Origin: Candidatus Hydrogenedentota bacterium
Lineage (GTDB): Bacteria > Hydrogenedentota > Hydrogenedentia > Hydrogenedentales > JAEUWI01
NCBI GenBank assembly: GCA_034669905.1
Contig: JAXMOL010000032.1
Coordinates: 25,097 to 89,096 of the forward strand
DNA length: 64,000 nt
Direction of reading: 5' to 3'
In this document: piece after piece, positions 27,088 to 36,903 of the stretch
Layout of the letters: each line of letters begins with the position of its first letter
Numbering within the stretch: the first letter of the stretch is position 1
Program-made: the position numbers and the translations under genes
Notes under the pieces: generated by a model
Seen by the model: only the letters and a program-made list of their open reading frames with translations
What the model was told of the DNA's origin: nothing
Databases searched by the model: none

Positions 27088-29003
27088 ACGTAATTCTCGT
27101 CATCGCGGAAACGGCGGCCGTTTGGGAATCACTGCGGGCGGCGCTACCGGACGGCGATCTCGTCCTCCATGAACGGGATGTCGCCACGGCCCGGCGCCGA
27201 ATCACCACCGTGGCAGTAGACGCTATCCTGCTCGACGAAAGCAGCTCGAAGGGTGAAGACTTCGTGGAAACCGTCAAGGACATGGCCCCGGGCATCCCCC
27301 TCGCCGTGCTTTCGGGCCGGGAAGACCTCCTTACCCAGGCGGCCCTGACCCGCGCGGGTGCCAATGCCATCGTCACAAAGCCCTTTTCCTGTGAAACATT
27401 GCATGAAGCCATGGACTCCCTGTTACACACCACGATCTTGTCCGATGAGCCCCCCCGCTTGCCCGATGTCTCTCCCGCACCGCCCATGGGCCTGGTGCAG
27501 CACCAGATGGCCCTGCGATGGATCAGTCGCCTGGCCAATTGCCGGGGCGATGGGGAGCGCCTGGCGCGTCGGCTCATTGAAGGTACGCCCGACATTTTCG
27601 ATACGGTACGCTGCACCCTCCTGCTGGAGCGCCGTGGCACCGTACATGTGGCGGCGGCCCATGGCATGCCGGAGCACATTACGGAACAACTTCAGCTTTC
27701 CTTTGAACATGGTCTCATGCACTGGTTTGACAGCCATGCCTGCCTCTTCGACAGTTTCGCCATCCGCTCGGCACCGGAGGCCACCAAGGAACTCCGAATC
27801 TTGCGGGGTGTGCTTGCAGCGCCCCTTATGGACAAGGGGCTGGTTTTCGGCGCACTCGTATTGGGTGAAAAGGCCTCGGGGATGCCCTACAGCCAGGAAG
27901 AACGGGAGCTCCTGACCCTCTTCGCACGCTCCGTCGAAATACTTTTCGAACGGACCGATAATCGCTATGCCGCCACGGCGCCCGCCCTTCCCTCTCAGCA
28001 GGTACTGAACAGTCTCCCAATGGGACTGATTACCGTGTCGGCGGATCGCAAGGTAGCCCTTCTCAATCATAACGCGGAGTCCATCCTGTCGGTCACACGA
28101 CAAGATGCGGTCGGCTCCAGCGTGCAAAAGCTGGGATCGGCCTTCGCCGACGTGGTTCTCCGGGCAATTGCCGATGGCGAGGTACGCAACAACGAGGTCA
28201 TCCGGGAGCCCCGTTCCAACGTCAATCTGAGTGTGAACGTATCGCCTAACGAAGACGGGGGCGCCATTGTAACTTTTCTTCCCCAGCCGGAAGAGGGGAT
28301 CAAGCACGAGGAATTGGCCTACAGCCCCTTCTGGGAGTATCTGTCTACCCGGGTTGCCCAGGAGATCAAGAACCCCATGGTGGCCATCAACACCTTTGCC
28401 CAGTTATTGCCCCGAAAGTATGAATCGGAGGAATTCCGTGATGCCTTCAGCCGGGTGGTGCAGCAGGAGGTCGAGCGGATCAACCGGGTTGTTGAAACCC
28501 TGTTTGAGTTTGCCCGCAACCCGAAACTGCGCCTCCAGCACTGTGATCTGAACGAAACGGTGCGCACGGTCCTGACCTCCTTTCAGCAGGAATTGGACAA
28601 GCACTCCATCAAGCTTGCGCAGAACTATGACCCTCAGGTGACAGAAACGGACATGGATCCGGTATTCTTCTCACAAGCGTTGCACAATATTGTACAAAAC
28701 TCTATCGAAGCCATGCCGACGGGTGGTACCATACAGGTAAGTACTTCGAAACAGGCGGATAAAGTAGAAATTCGGGTTTCTGATTCGGGCCCGGGTATCT
28801 CACAGGAAGATTCCGATCTGGTCTTTCTGCCTTTTTACAGTACGAAAGAGCAAGGTATGGGATTGGGGCTGACTATTGCCAATCGCATTCTCCATCAACA
28901 CCAGGGCGTCTTACGCTGGGTGTCTGATGATAAAAATGGCAACTATTTTGCCTTGGAGATTCCAACCTCGGAGTTAAGTCATGCAGACCATCCTGGCAAT
29001 TGA
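27084..29003 (+). CDS. REC-GAF-PAS histidine-kinase-like protein with His->Gln H-box (pseudokinase)
   Basis: H-box VAQEIKNPM; N, G1, F and G2 boxes intact; degenerate receiver (IAE in place of the acidic pair). Confidence 0.85.
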   Translation: MNVILVIAETAAVWESLRAALPDGDLVLHERDVATARRRITTVAVDAILLDESSSKGEDFVETVKDMAPGIPLAVLSGREDLLTQAALTRAGANAIVTKPFSCETLHEAMDSLLHTTILSDEPPRLPDVSPAPPMGLVQHQMALRWISRLANCRGDGERLARRLIEGTPDIFDTVRCTLLLERRGTVHVAAAHGMPEHITEQLQLSFEHGLMHWFDSHACLFDSFAIRSAPEATKELRILRGVLAAPLMDKGLVFGALVLGEKASGMPYSQEERELLTLFARSVEILFERTDNRYAATAPALPSQQVLNSLPMGLITVSADRKVALLNHNAESILSVTRQDAVGSSVQKLGSAFADVVLRAIADGEVRNNEVIREPRSNVNLSVNVSPNEDGGAIVTFLPQPEEGIKHEELAYSPFWEYLSTRVAQEIKNPMVAINTFAQLLPRKYESEEFRDAFSRVVQQEVERINRVVETLFEFARNPKLRLQHCDLNETVRTVLTSFQQELDKHSIKLAQNYDPQVTETDMDPVFFSQALHNIVQNSIEAMPTGGTIQVSTSKQADKVEIRVSDSGPGISQEDSDLVFLPFYSTKEQGMGLGLTIANRILHQHQGVLRWVSDDKNGNYFALEIPTSELSHADHPGN

Positions 29004-30366
29004 CGACGAAATCAGCATCCGCGAGTCCTACCGTATCATTCTCGGTGATACCTACCGGGTTTATCTGGCGGAAAGCGGCGAGGAAGGGTTGCGTCTCCTC
29101 CAGGAGAAGCACATCGACCTGATCCTGCTGGACCTCAGTATGCCCAAAATGGGCGGGATGGCCTTTCTTGAGGAATTGGAAAAGCGGGGCGAATTGGTGC
29201 CGATTCTCATTGTGACCGGTTCCAACACGGTGGATATTGCCGTAAAAGCCATGAAAAAGGGCGCCCGCGAATTTGTCATCAAGCCCTTCGATGTGGATGA
29301 CCTGCTCCTGTTGGTGGAACGCACCCTGGAAGAACTCCGCGAGAAGCGGGAACTGAGCACCCTTCGGGAGCAAGGGGTCGCCGGCTTTGAGCACATTATC
29401 GGTGATGCTCCCCCGCTCCGGGAAGCGATCGCCGGGGCCCGTCAGGCGATGGAGGTGGATTCGACCGTATTGATCACGGGCGAAACCGGCACCGGAAAAG
29501 ACGTGTTGGCCCGGGCCATCCATTTCGGCGGCACCCGCAAGAGCAAACCCTTTGTACCCCTCTCGTGCTGCGCCATTCCGGCCAACCTGGTGGAGAGCGA
29601 ACTCTTCGGCCTGACCAAGGGCGCTTTCACCGGGGCCACGGAAAACCGCGTCGGGAAGATGCAGGTCGCCGATGGGGGCTCCCTCTTTCTTGATGAAATC
29701 GGCGAAATGCCCATTGAAGCCCAGGGCAAATTGCTCCGTGTCTTACAGGAAGGCACCTTTTACGCCGTGGGCGGAAACCGCGAGATCGAAGTGGATGTGC
29801 GCTTTATCTGCGCCACCAACCGCCCCTTCGACAAAGCCATCGAAGAAGGCCTGTTTCGACAGGACCTCTTTTATCGTATCAACGTCTTGCCCATAATCAT
29901 GCCGCCCCTTCGAAAGCGCCGGGAAGACATCCCCAAATTGATCGCCCACTTCGTGGCCAAGCATGGCCCCCGGGTCAACTCCCGTGTGAAGGACTTCGAG
30001 CCCCGGGCACTTTCCCGCCTCATGTCGTGTCAGTGGCCGGGCAATGTGCGCGAATTGGAAAATACCGTCGAGCGTATTCTGGTGTGCAATCGCAGCGAAT
30101 CGGTGATCAAGGCCGAATTCCTGAATGGCATCGTGGCCAGTGACGGAAGCACCGATGTGAATGCCCTGGAGGACTTCTCCGGACTCCCCTTGCAGGAAGC
30201 GACCCAGCGCCTTGAGCGCCATCTCATCAAGCAGGCCCTGGAACGGTGCGAATTCGTCCAGAGTCAGGCGGCCGAATCGCTGGGGACCACCCGACGCATC
30301 CTGAAATACAAGATGGACCAACTTGGCATCACCGATCCCAGCGACAAGCAGTCCATGGCGAGCTAA
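28981..30366 (+). CDS. Sigma54-dependent response regulator (NtrC/AtoC family)
   Basis: Receiver (IDDE, LLD, KPF), Walker A GETGTGK, GAFTGA, FLDEIGE, WPGNVREL, Fis-type HTH. Confidence 0.95.
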   Translation: MQTILAIDDEISIRESYRIILGDTYRVYLAESGEEGLRLLQEKHIDLILLDLSMPKMGGMAFLEELEKRGELVPILIVTGSNTVDIAVKAMKKGAREFVIKPFDVDDLLLLVERTLEELREKRELSTLREQGVAGFEHIIGDAPPLREAIAGARQAMEVDSTVLITGETGTGKDVLARAIHFGGTRKSKPFVPLSCCAIPANLVESELFGLTKGAFTGATENRVGKMQVADGGSLFLDEIGEMPIEAQGKLLRVLQEGTFYAVGGNREIEVDVRFICATNRPFDKAIEEGLFRQDLFYRINVLPIIMPPLRKRREDIPKLIAHFVAKHGPRVNSRVKDFEPRALSRLMSCQWPGNVRELENTVERILVCNRSESVIKAEFLNGIVASDGSTDVNALEDFSGLPLQEATQRLERHLIKQALERCEFVQSQAAESLGTTRRILKYKMDQLGITDPSDKQSMAS

Positions 30367-30729
30367 AGGGGCGAAGGTAGACCTCGAGCAAATCCAACTC
30401 GCTCGTTACGACAGCGCACGCAAGCACTTGCAAAAGGCCAACGTGCTGGCGGCTTGGCCACTATCGCTCAACGCAACCTTTGACAATTGGGAGCGCAGGC
30501 GACGCACCTGTCGACGTGCCGGATAACGCAACACCGCCGACGCACGGCCCTTCCCATGAGCCCGCAAGTGCGGATCACGGGCGGTGTCAGCCTTCGAGAG
30601 GGCATGCCCCTTCTTCTATCTGCTATGATAGGGCCTTAAATTCGTTCCCTTCGCAGGTTGTTCGTGCCCGATTTCCCGAAATGGGCGCGTCACGATATTG
30701 ATTTCCCGAAAACTAAGGAGAAGTGTTTT

Positions 30730-31629
30730 ATGAGTATCACCGTCGTCGGATCCGTTGGTCTGGACACTGTGGAAACGCCTTCGGGCAAGAACGAAGAAGG
30801 ACTGGGCGGCGCGGCCGTCTATTTCAGTCTTGCAGCGGCCAACCTCACCCAGGTAAACCTGGTCGCCATCGTCGGTGACGATTTCCCCGAGGCCCACGTG
30901 GCGCTCCTCGAATCCAAGCACATCAATCTGGATGGGCTGGAACGGGCCGAAGGAAAGACCTTCCGCTGGACCGGCAAATACCACGACGATGTGAACGAAC
31001 GGGACACGCTGGATACGCAGCTCAACGTGTTTGCCGACTTCCACCCGAAAGTGCCCGAGGCCGCCTGCACGGCCCCCTATCTCTTTCTGGGCAACATCCA
31101 CCCTTCCCTGCAGTTGGAAGTGTTGGACCAGGCGAAATCGGAATTTGTTGGTCTGGACACGATGAATCTCTGGATTGACATCACCCTGGACGATCTCAAG
31201 GCCGTGCTGAAGCGGGTGAACTGCCTCATTATTAACGACGGCGAGGCCAAGCAGCTCACGGGACAACTGAATCTCCGCGACGCCGCTAAGGATATCCAGG
31301 CGATGGGTCCGGACATCGTGGTGATCAAAAAGGGCGAGCATGGCTGCATGCTTTTTGGGGCCGATGGCGAAATCTTTGCGATTCCCGCGTTCCCCCTGGA
31401 AGAGGTGAAAGACCCCACCGGTGCCGGCGATAGCTTCGCGGGCGGGTTCATGGGTTATATCGCCACCCAGGATGCCACGGACTTTGACACCCTGCGCCAG
31501 GCCGTGGTCTATGGCAGCGCCATGGCTTCCTTCACCTGTGAGGCCTTCGGACCGGACGCCCTTTCCACGGTCGACAAGGCCAAGCTGGAAGCGCGCTACA
31601 CGGCCTTTCGCCAGTTGACGAACTTCTAA
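30730..31629 (+). CDS. PfkB/ribokinase-family carbohydrate or nucleoside kinase
   Basis: GGAAVY, IKKGEHG, DPTGAGDSFAGG; AAGGAG RBS. Confidence 0.92.
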   Translation: MSITVVGSVGLDTVETPSGKNEEGLGGAAVYFSLAAANLTQVNLVAIVGDDFPEAHVALLESKHINLDGLERAEGKTFRWTGKYHDDVNERDTLDTQLNVFADFHPKVPEAACTAPYLFLGNIHPSLQLEVLDQAKSEFVGLDTMNLWIDITLDDLKAVLKRVNCLIINDGEAKQLTGQLNLRDAAKDIQAMGPDIVVIKKGEHGCMLFGADGEIFAIPAFPLEEVKDPTGAGDSFAGGFMGYIATQDATDFDTLRQAVVYGSAMASFTCEAFGPDALSTVDKAKLEARYTAFRQLTNF

Positions 31630-31644
31630 GCCCCCCCCTTGAAA

Positions 31645-31694
31645 CAACCCGGGCCCGGCCTCGCAACCTTTGTGCGATGCCGGACCCGTTTTTC
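31645..31694 (+). terminator. Intrinsic terminator
   Basis: CGGGCCCGGCCTCGCA/TGCGATGCCGGACCCG imperfect stem followed by T5. Confidence 0.6.
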
Positions 31695-31712
31695 GTTCCG
31701 TCTCAGGGGGGA

Positions 31713-32447
31713 TCAGGGCGTATCGGTATCTTCCGATGATATTTCCACGACCTCGCCGGCCTGTGTACGCTTCAGGGCCTCTAGGAAATGCTTCGCGATG
31801 GCCTCTTCTCCGGCCTCGTTGGGGTGAACGCCATCGGGCTTGAGATGGCGCTCGTCCCCGGCGATCAGCTGGTTCATATCCACCAGGGACACCTTCATTT
31901 CCCGGGCCACGGTTTGGGTGGCGGCGCGGTATCGGGCCAGAATGGCCTCCAGCCCGCCTTCCGGATCATAGAATTCTTTGGGATGCCGGGTGTAGTAGGG
32001 TGCCGCGATAATCGGCAGCAGGGTGCCCAGGATGGGCGTAGCGCCCCGTTTGCGACATTCCGCCACCATCTTCTCCAGATCCGCCTGAAAGCGCTTCAGC
32101 GGCGTCCGGTACTGCCCCGCCCCACGCAACACACTGTCGTTGGTGCCAAACATGATCAACACGATGTCCGGCGATTTTTCCAACACATCCGTTTCCATCC
32201 GCACCAGACCGGCCCCCGTAGTATTGCCCCCGACACCCGCGTTGATAACCTCAAGTTCGGGTGCCTGGGCGGCGAGTATCTCAGGATACCGGGCCGCTGT
32301 GATACTGTCCCCGAAACAGACGACCCGCGTGCGGGCCTCCCCGGCACCACCGGAAGCGGCGGGATCGGCCGCACAGGCCCCCGCCGCAATCAGCACTCCG
32401 CAGGATATCGTTGTCACTACCCGTTGGAGGGCGCTACCAAAAAACAA
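31713..32447 (-). CDS. SGNH/GDSL hydrolase
   Basis: FGDSIT, NAGVGG, FGTND and DGVHP blocks. Confidence 0.92.
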   Translation of the reverse strand: MFFGSALQRVVTTISCGVLIAAGACAADPAASGGAGEARTRVVCFGDSITAARYPEILAAQAPELEVINAGVGGNTTGAGLVRMETDVLEKSPDIVLIMFGTNDSVLRGAGQYRTPLKRFQADLEKMVAECRKRGATPILGTLLPIIAAPYYTRHPKEFYDPEGGLEAILARYRAATQTVAREMKVSLVDMNQLIAGDERHLKPDGVHPNEAGEEAIAKHFLEALKRTQAGEVVEISSEDTDTP

Positions 32448-32613
32448 AATCAGACTCCTTCTCGTTCTGGCTATTTGACTCCCAACATAGGCTCGTATAT
32501 TCTTCTTTTCACGATTCCGAATGCAACACCGTCAGTTATAAACCAACCGGGCGGGGCCAATCCGGCTGCGGCTCACCAGGATTTCCGCCCTCCCCCGAAT
32601 CTGGAGTACAGTC

Positions 32614-33570
32614 ATGAAGCGCGCCATCTCCCAGACTTTTTTGGTTCTCTTGCTTTGTATGGTGCCCGGTGTGGCCGTGGCGCAGGAGGAAGCCCCCTCC
32701 CCCCCTGCGGAACCGACGGTTACGGAAGCCAACCCGGCTGCCGACACCAGCGAAACGACACCGGAGGCCGCCGCCGAAGCAGCTCCGGAACGCCCCCTCG
32801 TCCGCATTGCCATACTCCCCTTTCAGAGCCGTCCCAAAATTGACACCCGGGTGGCGGCCGCGATGGTACGGGAAATGACAGCGGCGCTGACAGCGACGGG
32901 CCGCTTCAGCCTCCTGGAACGGGATGCCATGGCAGATGTTGCCAGCGCGCTGGATTACACCCGAAAAGGGGTCCTGAAACCGGAATCTGCCGCCGCCTGG
33001 GGCGCACAACATCAGTTGGACCACATCATTGCCGGCGAAGTATTGGCGGCCGGCAAGGGTCTCGGTGGTATGGGTATCGGAGGCGTGCGCATCAGCTCCA
33101 AGGCCATTTCACTGGCCATCGACATCCAGCTTATTGCCTGCCCCTCGGCGGAGACACCGGTTTCTGATACCTTTAAAGAAGAGAAAACAGGACTTGGCCT
33201 CGCGGTGGGCTCGGTAGAGTTTGACCCGGAGAGCCGTCGGGGCAGCGAGATGCTCCAGGTGGTGCTGGGGCACATCCTCCGCGAAGTCCTTTCTGCGATC
33301 GAGCCCCCAACGGTCCTTTCGGTGGCAGGCGATGGTGAAGTGGTCACCCTCGATGCCGGAACCATGGTGTTTGCGCCGGAACAGCGCTGGGAACTGTTTA
33401 AGCCCGCGACAGAATCGGGCGAAGGAAAGAAATCCAAGCCCGACAAGGTCGGTGCATTGCGGATCATCACCGTAGACGAAACCACGGCGACGGCCACTGT
33501 GGTCGATGGCACGGCCACCGTCGGCGACATCGTCCGATTTGATAAAATGGGGAAGAAGAAAAAAGAATAG
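32614..33570 (+). CDS. Exported CsgG/HfaB-like protein
   Basis: Signal peptide; RIAILPF...LTATGRFSLLER...DHIIAGEV pattern. Confidence 0.65.
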   Translation: MKRAISQTFLVLLLCMVPGVAVAQEEAPSPPAEPTVTEANPAADTSETTPEAAAEAAPERPLVRIAILPFQSRPKIDTRVAAAMVREMTAALTATGRFSLLERDAMADVASALDYTRKGVLKPESAAAWGAQHQLDHIIAGEVLAAGKGLGGMGIGGVRISSKAISLAIDIQLIACPSAETPVSDTFKEEKTGLGLAVGSVEFDPESRRGSEMLQVVLGHILREVLSAIEPPTVLSVAGDGEVVTLDAGTMVFAPEQRWELFKPATESGEGKKSKPDKVGALRIITVDETTATATVVDGTATVGDIVRFDKMGKKKKE

Positions 33571-33690
33571 CAACCTGGCAACCTGCGGTAGCTCCTGCGA
33601 CCTTCGATACCCATCGGCCGCCGCACGTGCTACCGGGGCCCGCCACCCGACCCAGGCCGACACTATCGGCCCCATAAGGATAGTATAGAA

Positions 33691-34938
33691 ATGAGTACTC
33701 CTACACGCAGAGATTTCCTGAAGACGGCCACGCTGAGCGCCGCCGCTGTTTCCATGAGTGCGGCCAGCTACGCCCGCGTCAAGGGCGCCAATGATCGTAT
33801 CGCCCTCGGGCTCGTGGGCTGTGGGCGGCGGGGCATCGGGGCCCACATGGTCGGCGTACACAATCATGACAAGGATGAAAATGTCGAATTTGTGGCCGTG
33901 TGCGACCCGTGGAAAGTCTCCCGCGACAAGGCCGCGGCCCGGGTCAAGGACTGGTATGGCCTGGACGCGAAGCACTATGTGTCCCATGAGGACCTGATAG
34001 CCGATGAGAAGGTGGATGCCGTAATGATTGCGTCGTGCGACCACCAGCACACGACCCATCTGGAAGCGGTGGCGAAGGCGGGCAAAGACACCTACTGTGA
34101 AAAGCCCCTGGCCAATAATTTCGGCAAACTCCAGCGCGCCGTGAAGGCCGTCGAAGAGAGTGGCATTATTTGCCAGATCGGCACCCAGCTCCGGAGCTAC
34201 CCGAGCTTCGGTGGTGCGAAGGCCGTCGTCGAATCGGGCGTGCTGGGTGACATCCACCGTATTGAGCAGGTCCGGAATGGTGCTACGCCCTATTGGCTCG
34301 ACCGTATCGGTGAAGCCAAGCCGGAGGAAGTCGCGTGGGATGTTTTCCTCATGGACGCACCGAAGATCGATTTTGATCCCGTCAAGTTTACGGCCTGGAT
34401 GGGCTACATGGATTATTCCCACGGTCCCGTGCCCCAGCTGGGCGTCCACTTCCTGGACCTCGTGCACTACATCACCGGAGCCAAGCGGCCGAGCAGTGCC
34501 ACCTGCCAGGGGGGATTGCTCACCTGGAATGACGAGCACAAGTTCACCGCGCCCGACCAGGTATCGGCCCAGTACCTCTACCCCGAAGGCTTCATGGTCT
34601 CCTATACGTCCAACTTCGGCAACGCGGATGGGAACACGTTTAAGATCTACGGCACGAAGGGCACGATGGACCTGAGCGATTGGAACAACCCGACCATCAG
34701 CGCGGCGGGTGCGCGAAAGGGTGAAGGCCTGGACGCTGGTGATGGATCCGTCGCCCCGGTGGCCCGTCCGAACCACATGCTGAATTTCCTCCAGTGTCTG
34801 CGGAACCGGGAAACGCCCCATGCTCCCATCCAGGCGGGCTACGACCACTCGGTAGCCTCCATCATGGCGACGCAGGCCCTGGCCCGCAAACGGACCCAGG
34901 TTTATGATGAAGCGACGAAGGTGATTAAAGACGCGTAA
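33691..34938 (+). CDS. Gfo/Idh/MocA-family oxidoreductase with Tat signal
   Basis: TRRDFLK, GLVGCGRRG, YCEKP, GVHFLD. Confidence 0.92.
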   Translation: MSTPTRRDFLKTATLSAAAVSMSAASYARVKGANDRIALGLVGCGRRGIGAHMVGVHNHDKDENVEFVAVCDPWKVSRDKAAARVKDWYGLDAKHYVSHEDLIADEKVDAVMIASCDHQHTTHLEAVAKAGKDTYCEKPLANNFGKLQRAVKAVEESGIICQIGTQLRSYPSFGGAKAVVESGVLGDIHRIEQVRNGATPYWLDRIGEAKPEEVAWDVFLMDAPKIDFDPVKFTAWMGYMDYSHGPVPQLGVHFLDLVHYITGAKRPSSATCQGGLLTWNDEHKFTAPDQVSAQYLYPEGFMVSYTSNFGNADGNTFKIYGTKGTMDLSDWNNPTISAAGARKGEGLDAGDGSVAPVARPNHMLNFLQCLRNRETPHAPIQAGYDHSVASIMATQALARKRTQVYDEATKVIKDA

Positions 34939-34971
34939 GTTCCAGTCACACTTGATTAGCGGAACGATTTG

Positions 34972-35006
34972 AAACGCCATCCCAAGGCATTGGGGTGGCG
35001 TTTTTT
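34972..35006 (+). terminator. Intrinsic terminator
   Basis: ACGCCATCCCAA/TTGGGGTGGCGT stem followed by T-tract. Confidence 0.8.
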
Positions 35007-35056
35007 CGTGGGGTTCATGGGAAGAAACCGGTGAGCTGATCATACCGTGTACATGG

Positions 35057-35236
35057 TCTTCCGTCGTTCGTGGCACGCACCCGTAAACACCGTGACCGGC
35101 GGTCGCCTCTCGCGGTGTGTAAGGGTGGCACCCCCGACGCCGTGTAAAAGTAGTTAGAGGAGAGCTTGCTGGCGGTGTATCGTGAAAAAAGACGGCGGTG
35201 ACTAGAGACGCCTGATCGGCAACACCAGACGGAAGA
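35057..35236 (+). ncRNA. Candidate ~180-nt structured non-coding RNA (6S-like size; family not recognised)
   Basis: Terminal 9-bp stem and nested helices; bracketed by two terminators; no credible ORF. Strand inferred from G-U pairs and the downstream terminator. Confidence 0.5.
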
Positions 35237-35240
35237 AAAC

Positions 35241-35277
35241 AACGCCACCCTGGAATATACAGGGTGGTGTTTTATTT
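35241..35277 (+). terminator. Intrinsic terminator after the candidate RNA
   Basis: ACGCCACCCTG/CAGGGTGGTGT stem followed by TTTATTT. Confidence 0.75.
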
Positions 35278-35454
35278 GGGGGATAGCTGGCTTGAGGCGG
35301 ATGGGCAAGACGCCGTAAGACGCGGTGGATTCCCGCTGGCGCTGTGGACTTGGTGGACAATCGTGGACGGAGTGGATATGTATCAGACAGCGCTCTCTTC
35401 CACCCCGTCGGCCCCACCCGCTGTCAACTATCAACTCTCCACCGTCAACTAAAC

Positions 35455-35493
35455 AAAACGGTGCCCGGGGAGCGCTTGGCTCGCCCGGGCACC
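35455..35493 (-). terminator. Terminator of the ompA-like gene
   Basis: CGGTGCCCGGG/CCCGGGCACCG stem with a T-tract on the minus strand. Confidence 0.75.
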
Positions 35494-35522
35494 GGTGCGT
35501 ACTAACTTATGGTGTCGGTAAC

Positions 35523-36176
35523 TTAGTTAACGACGGTGATTTCGAACACTGCGCGACGGTTCAGTGCGCGGTTAGCGCGGGAATCGTTGGGCACTGCGGG
35601 GGAAGTTTCACCCATGCTCTTGGTCTGAATGCGGCTGGCGTCGATACCGGCAGCTTTCATGTAGCTGGCAACCGAGTCGGCGCGACGCTGACCGAGGCCC
35701 ATGTTGTAGGCGTCGGTACCGATGCTGTCGGTGTGACCCACAACAACGACCGTGTCTTTGCCGAACTTCTTCATCTCAGCGACGAGCTTGTCAATCTCAG
35801 CCTTACCTTCGGGCTTGAGGTTGGTCTTGTCGAAGTCGAAGAGCACGTTGTTCAGCACGACAGCCGTACGCTCAGGTGCGGGGTTCGGTGCCGGAGCGGG
35901 AGCGGGAGCCGGTGCAGGGGCAGGAGCCGGTGCAGGCTTTTCCCAGGCATGGTACACGATTCCGCGGTTACCCCAAAGCTCACCGTCGTTGGCGTTGGAG
36001 GCGGGCTCTTTCGGCCACCACCAGTAACCGGAACGGCCTTTGGTATCCATAGTCGGTTCGGGGGTGGCGCCGGTATTGCCCCACCAGGACATGTCGTCCC
36101 ACATTTTGGCGGCGTCTGCCGTACCACCCATTCCACAAAGGGCGGCAATCAGAGCCAATGCGATAATACGTTTCAT
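35523..36176 (-). CDS. OmpA-family peptidoglycan-binding protein with (PA)n linker
   Basis: Signal peptide; VLFDFDK, GHTDSIG..YN..L..RRA, NRRA; AGGAG RBS favours ATG 36176. Confidence 0.93.
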   Translation of the reverse strand: MKRIIALALIAALCGMGGTADAAKMWDDMSWWGNTGATPEPTMDTKGRSGYWWWPKEPASNANDGELWGNRGIVYHAWEKPAPAPAPAPAPAPAPAPNPAPERTAVVLNNVLFDFDKTNLKPEGKAEIDKLVAEMKKFGKDTVVVVGHTDSIGTDAYNMGLGQRRADSVASYMKAAGIDASRIQTKSMGETSPAVPNDSRANRALNRRAVFEITVVN

Positions 36177-36468
36177 AGCGGTCATCTCCTTCTGCGCTGC
36201 TACGTTACACTGTCATTCCGCGTTATTACTTGATGGTCATACAAAGCATACACAGCTTCGTAACCACCATTTAACCACAATACTTAGGTCGTGTCAAGCA
36301 ATACCCGTTCCGAATCCCTTTGCGTGTTTACAAAGAGACCCGTTTCGGAAGAGTGCGTACACTTTTCCTATGTTTTCATTCTAACACGTGGGATCCCCCG
36401 GCGCAACATTACCGGTGGAAATCGGGAGCGGGCACCACAAAATGCCGTGCGCGATGGCGTCCGTCGGT

Positions 36469-36903
36469 TCACACGGCCTCCCGGAGCCTACCCTGAAGGG
36501 AGCTGAGGGCCTGGGTGATCTGAGGATCATCGGTCTTGTCGATTAATTTACGTAGCTTGGGTATGGCCCCCCCCACCTTCTTGCCGCCTCGGACCGTTCC
36601 AAAAAGGTGGCGGCTGACGGTGGATTGGGTCAATTGCAGGATAACCGCAATATCTTCCTGCGTCTTCCCATAGAAATAATAGAGCTTCACGACTTCACGC
36701 TGCCGCTCGGTCAGGCAATTATCGATAAAGCTGTCGACGGAAGGCCGCACTTCCTCGTAGAAGTGCTGCATGGCATAGCGCCGCTCCCGGTCATCTTCGG
36801 ATTCGTAGTAGAGTGCTTCGGTGGAAGGAACCCGGTCCAAGGTTGCAAACTCGGTGGGAACTTCCCAGAAATCAGGATTATAGCTGGCCATTGCTCGGTT
36901 CAC
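36469..36903 (-). CDS. Stand-alone sigma70 region-4 HTH protein
   Basis: LTERQREVVKLYY..GKTQEDIAVILQLTQSTVSRHL; no region 2; start 36903 or 36891. Confidence 0.8.
   Translation of the reverse strand: MNRAMASYNPDFWEVPTEFATLDRVPSTEALYYESEDDRERRYAMQHFYEEVRPSVDSFIDNCLTERQREVVKLYYFYGKTQEDIAVILQLTQSTVSRHLFGTVRGGKKVGGAIPKLRKLIDKTDDPQITQALSSLQGRLREAV

Noticed and set aside
33109..35076. 655-aa antisense ORF
   Set aside because: Spans two well-supported + strand genes and a terminator; shadow frame.
35057..35236. Retron msr-msd, RNase P, SRP, tmRNA or lysine riboswitch
   Set aside because: No reverse transcriptase nearby and none of the diagnostic motifs of these families are visible.
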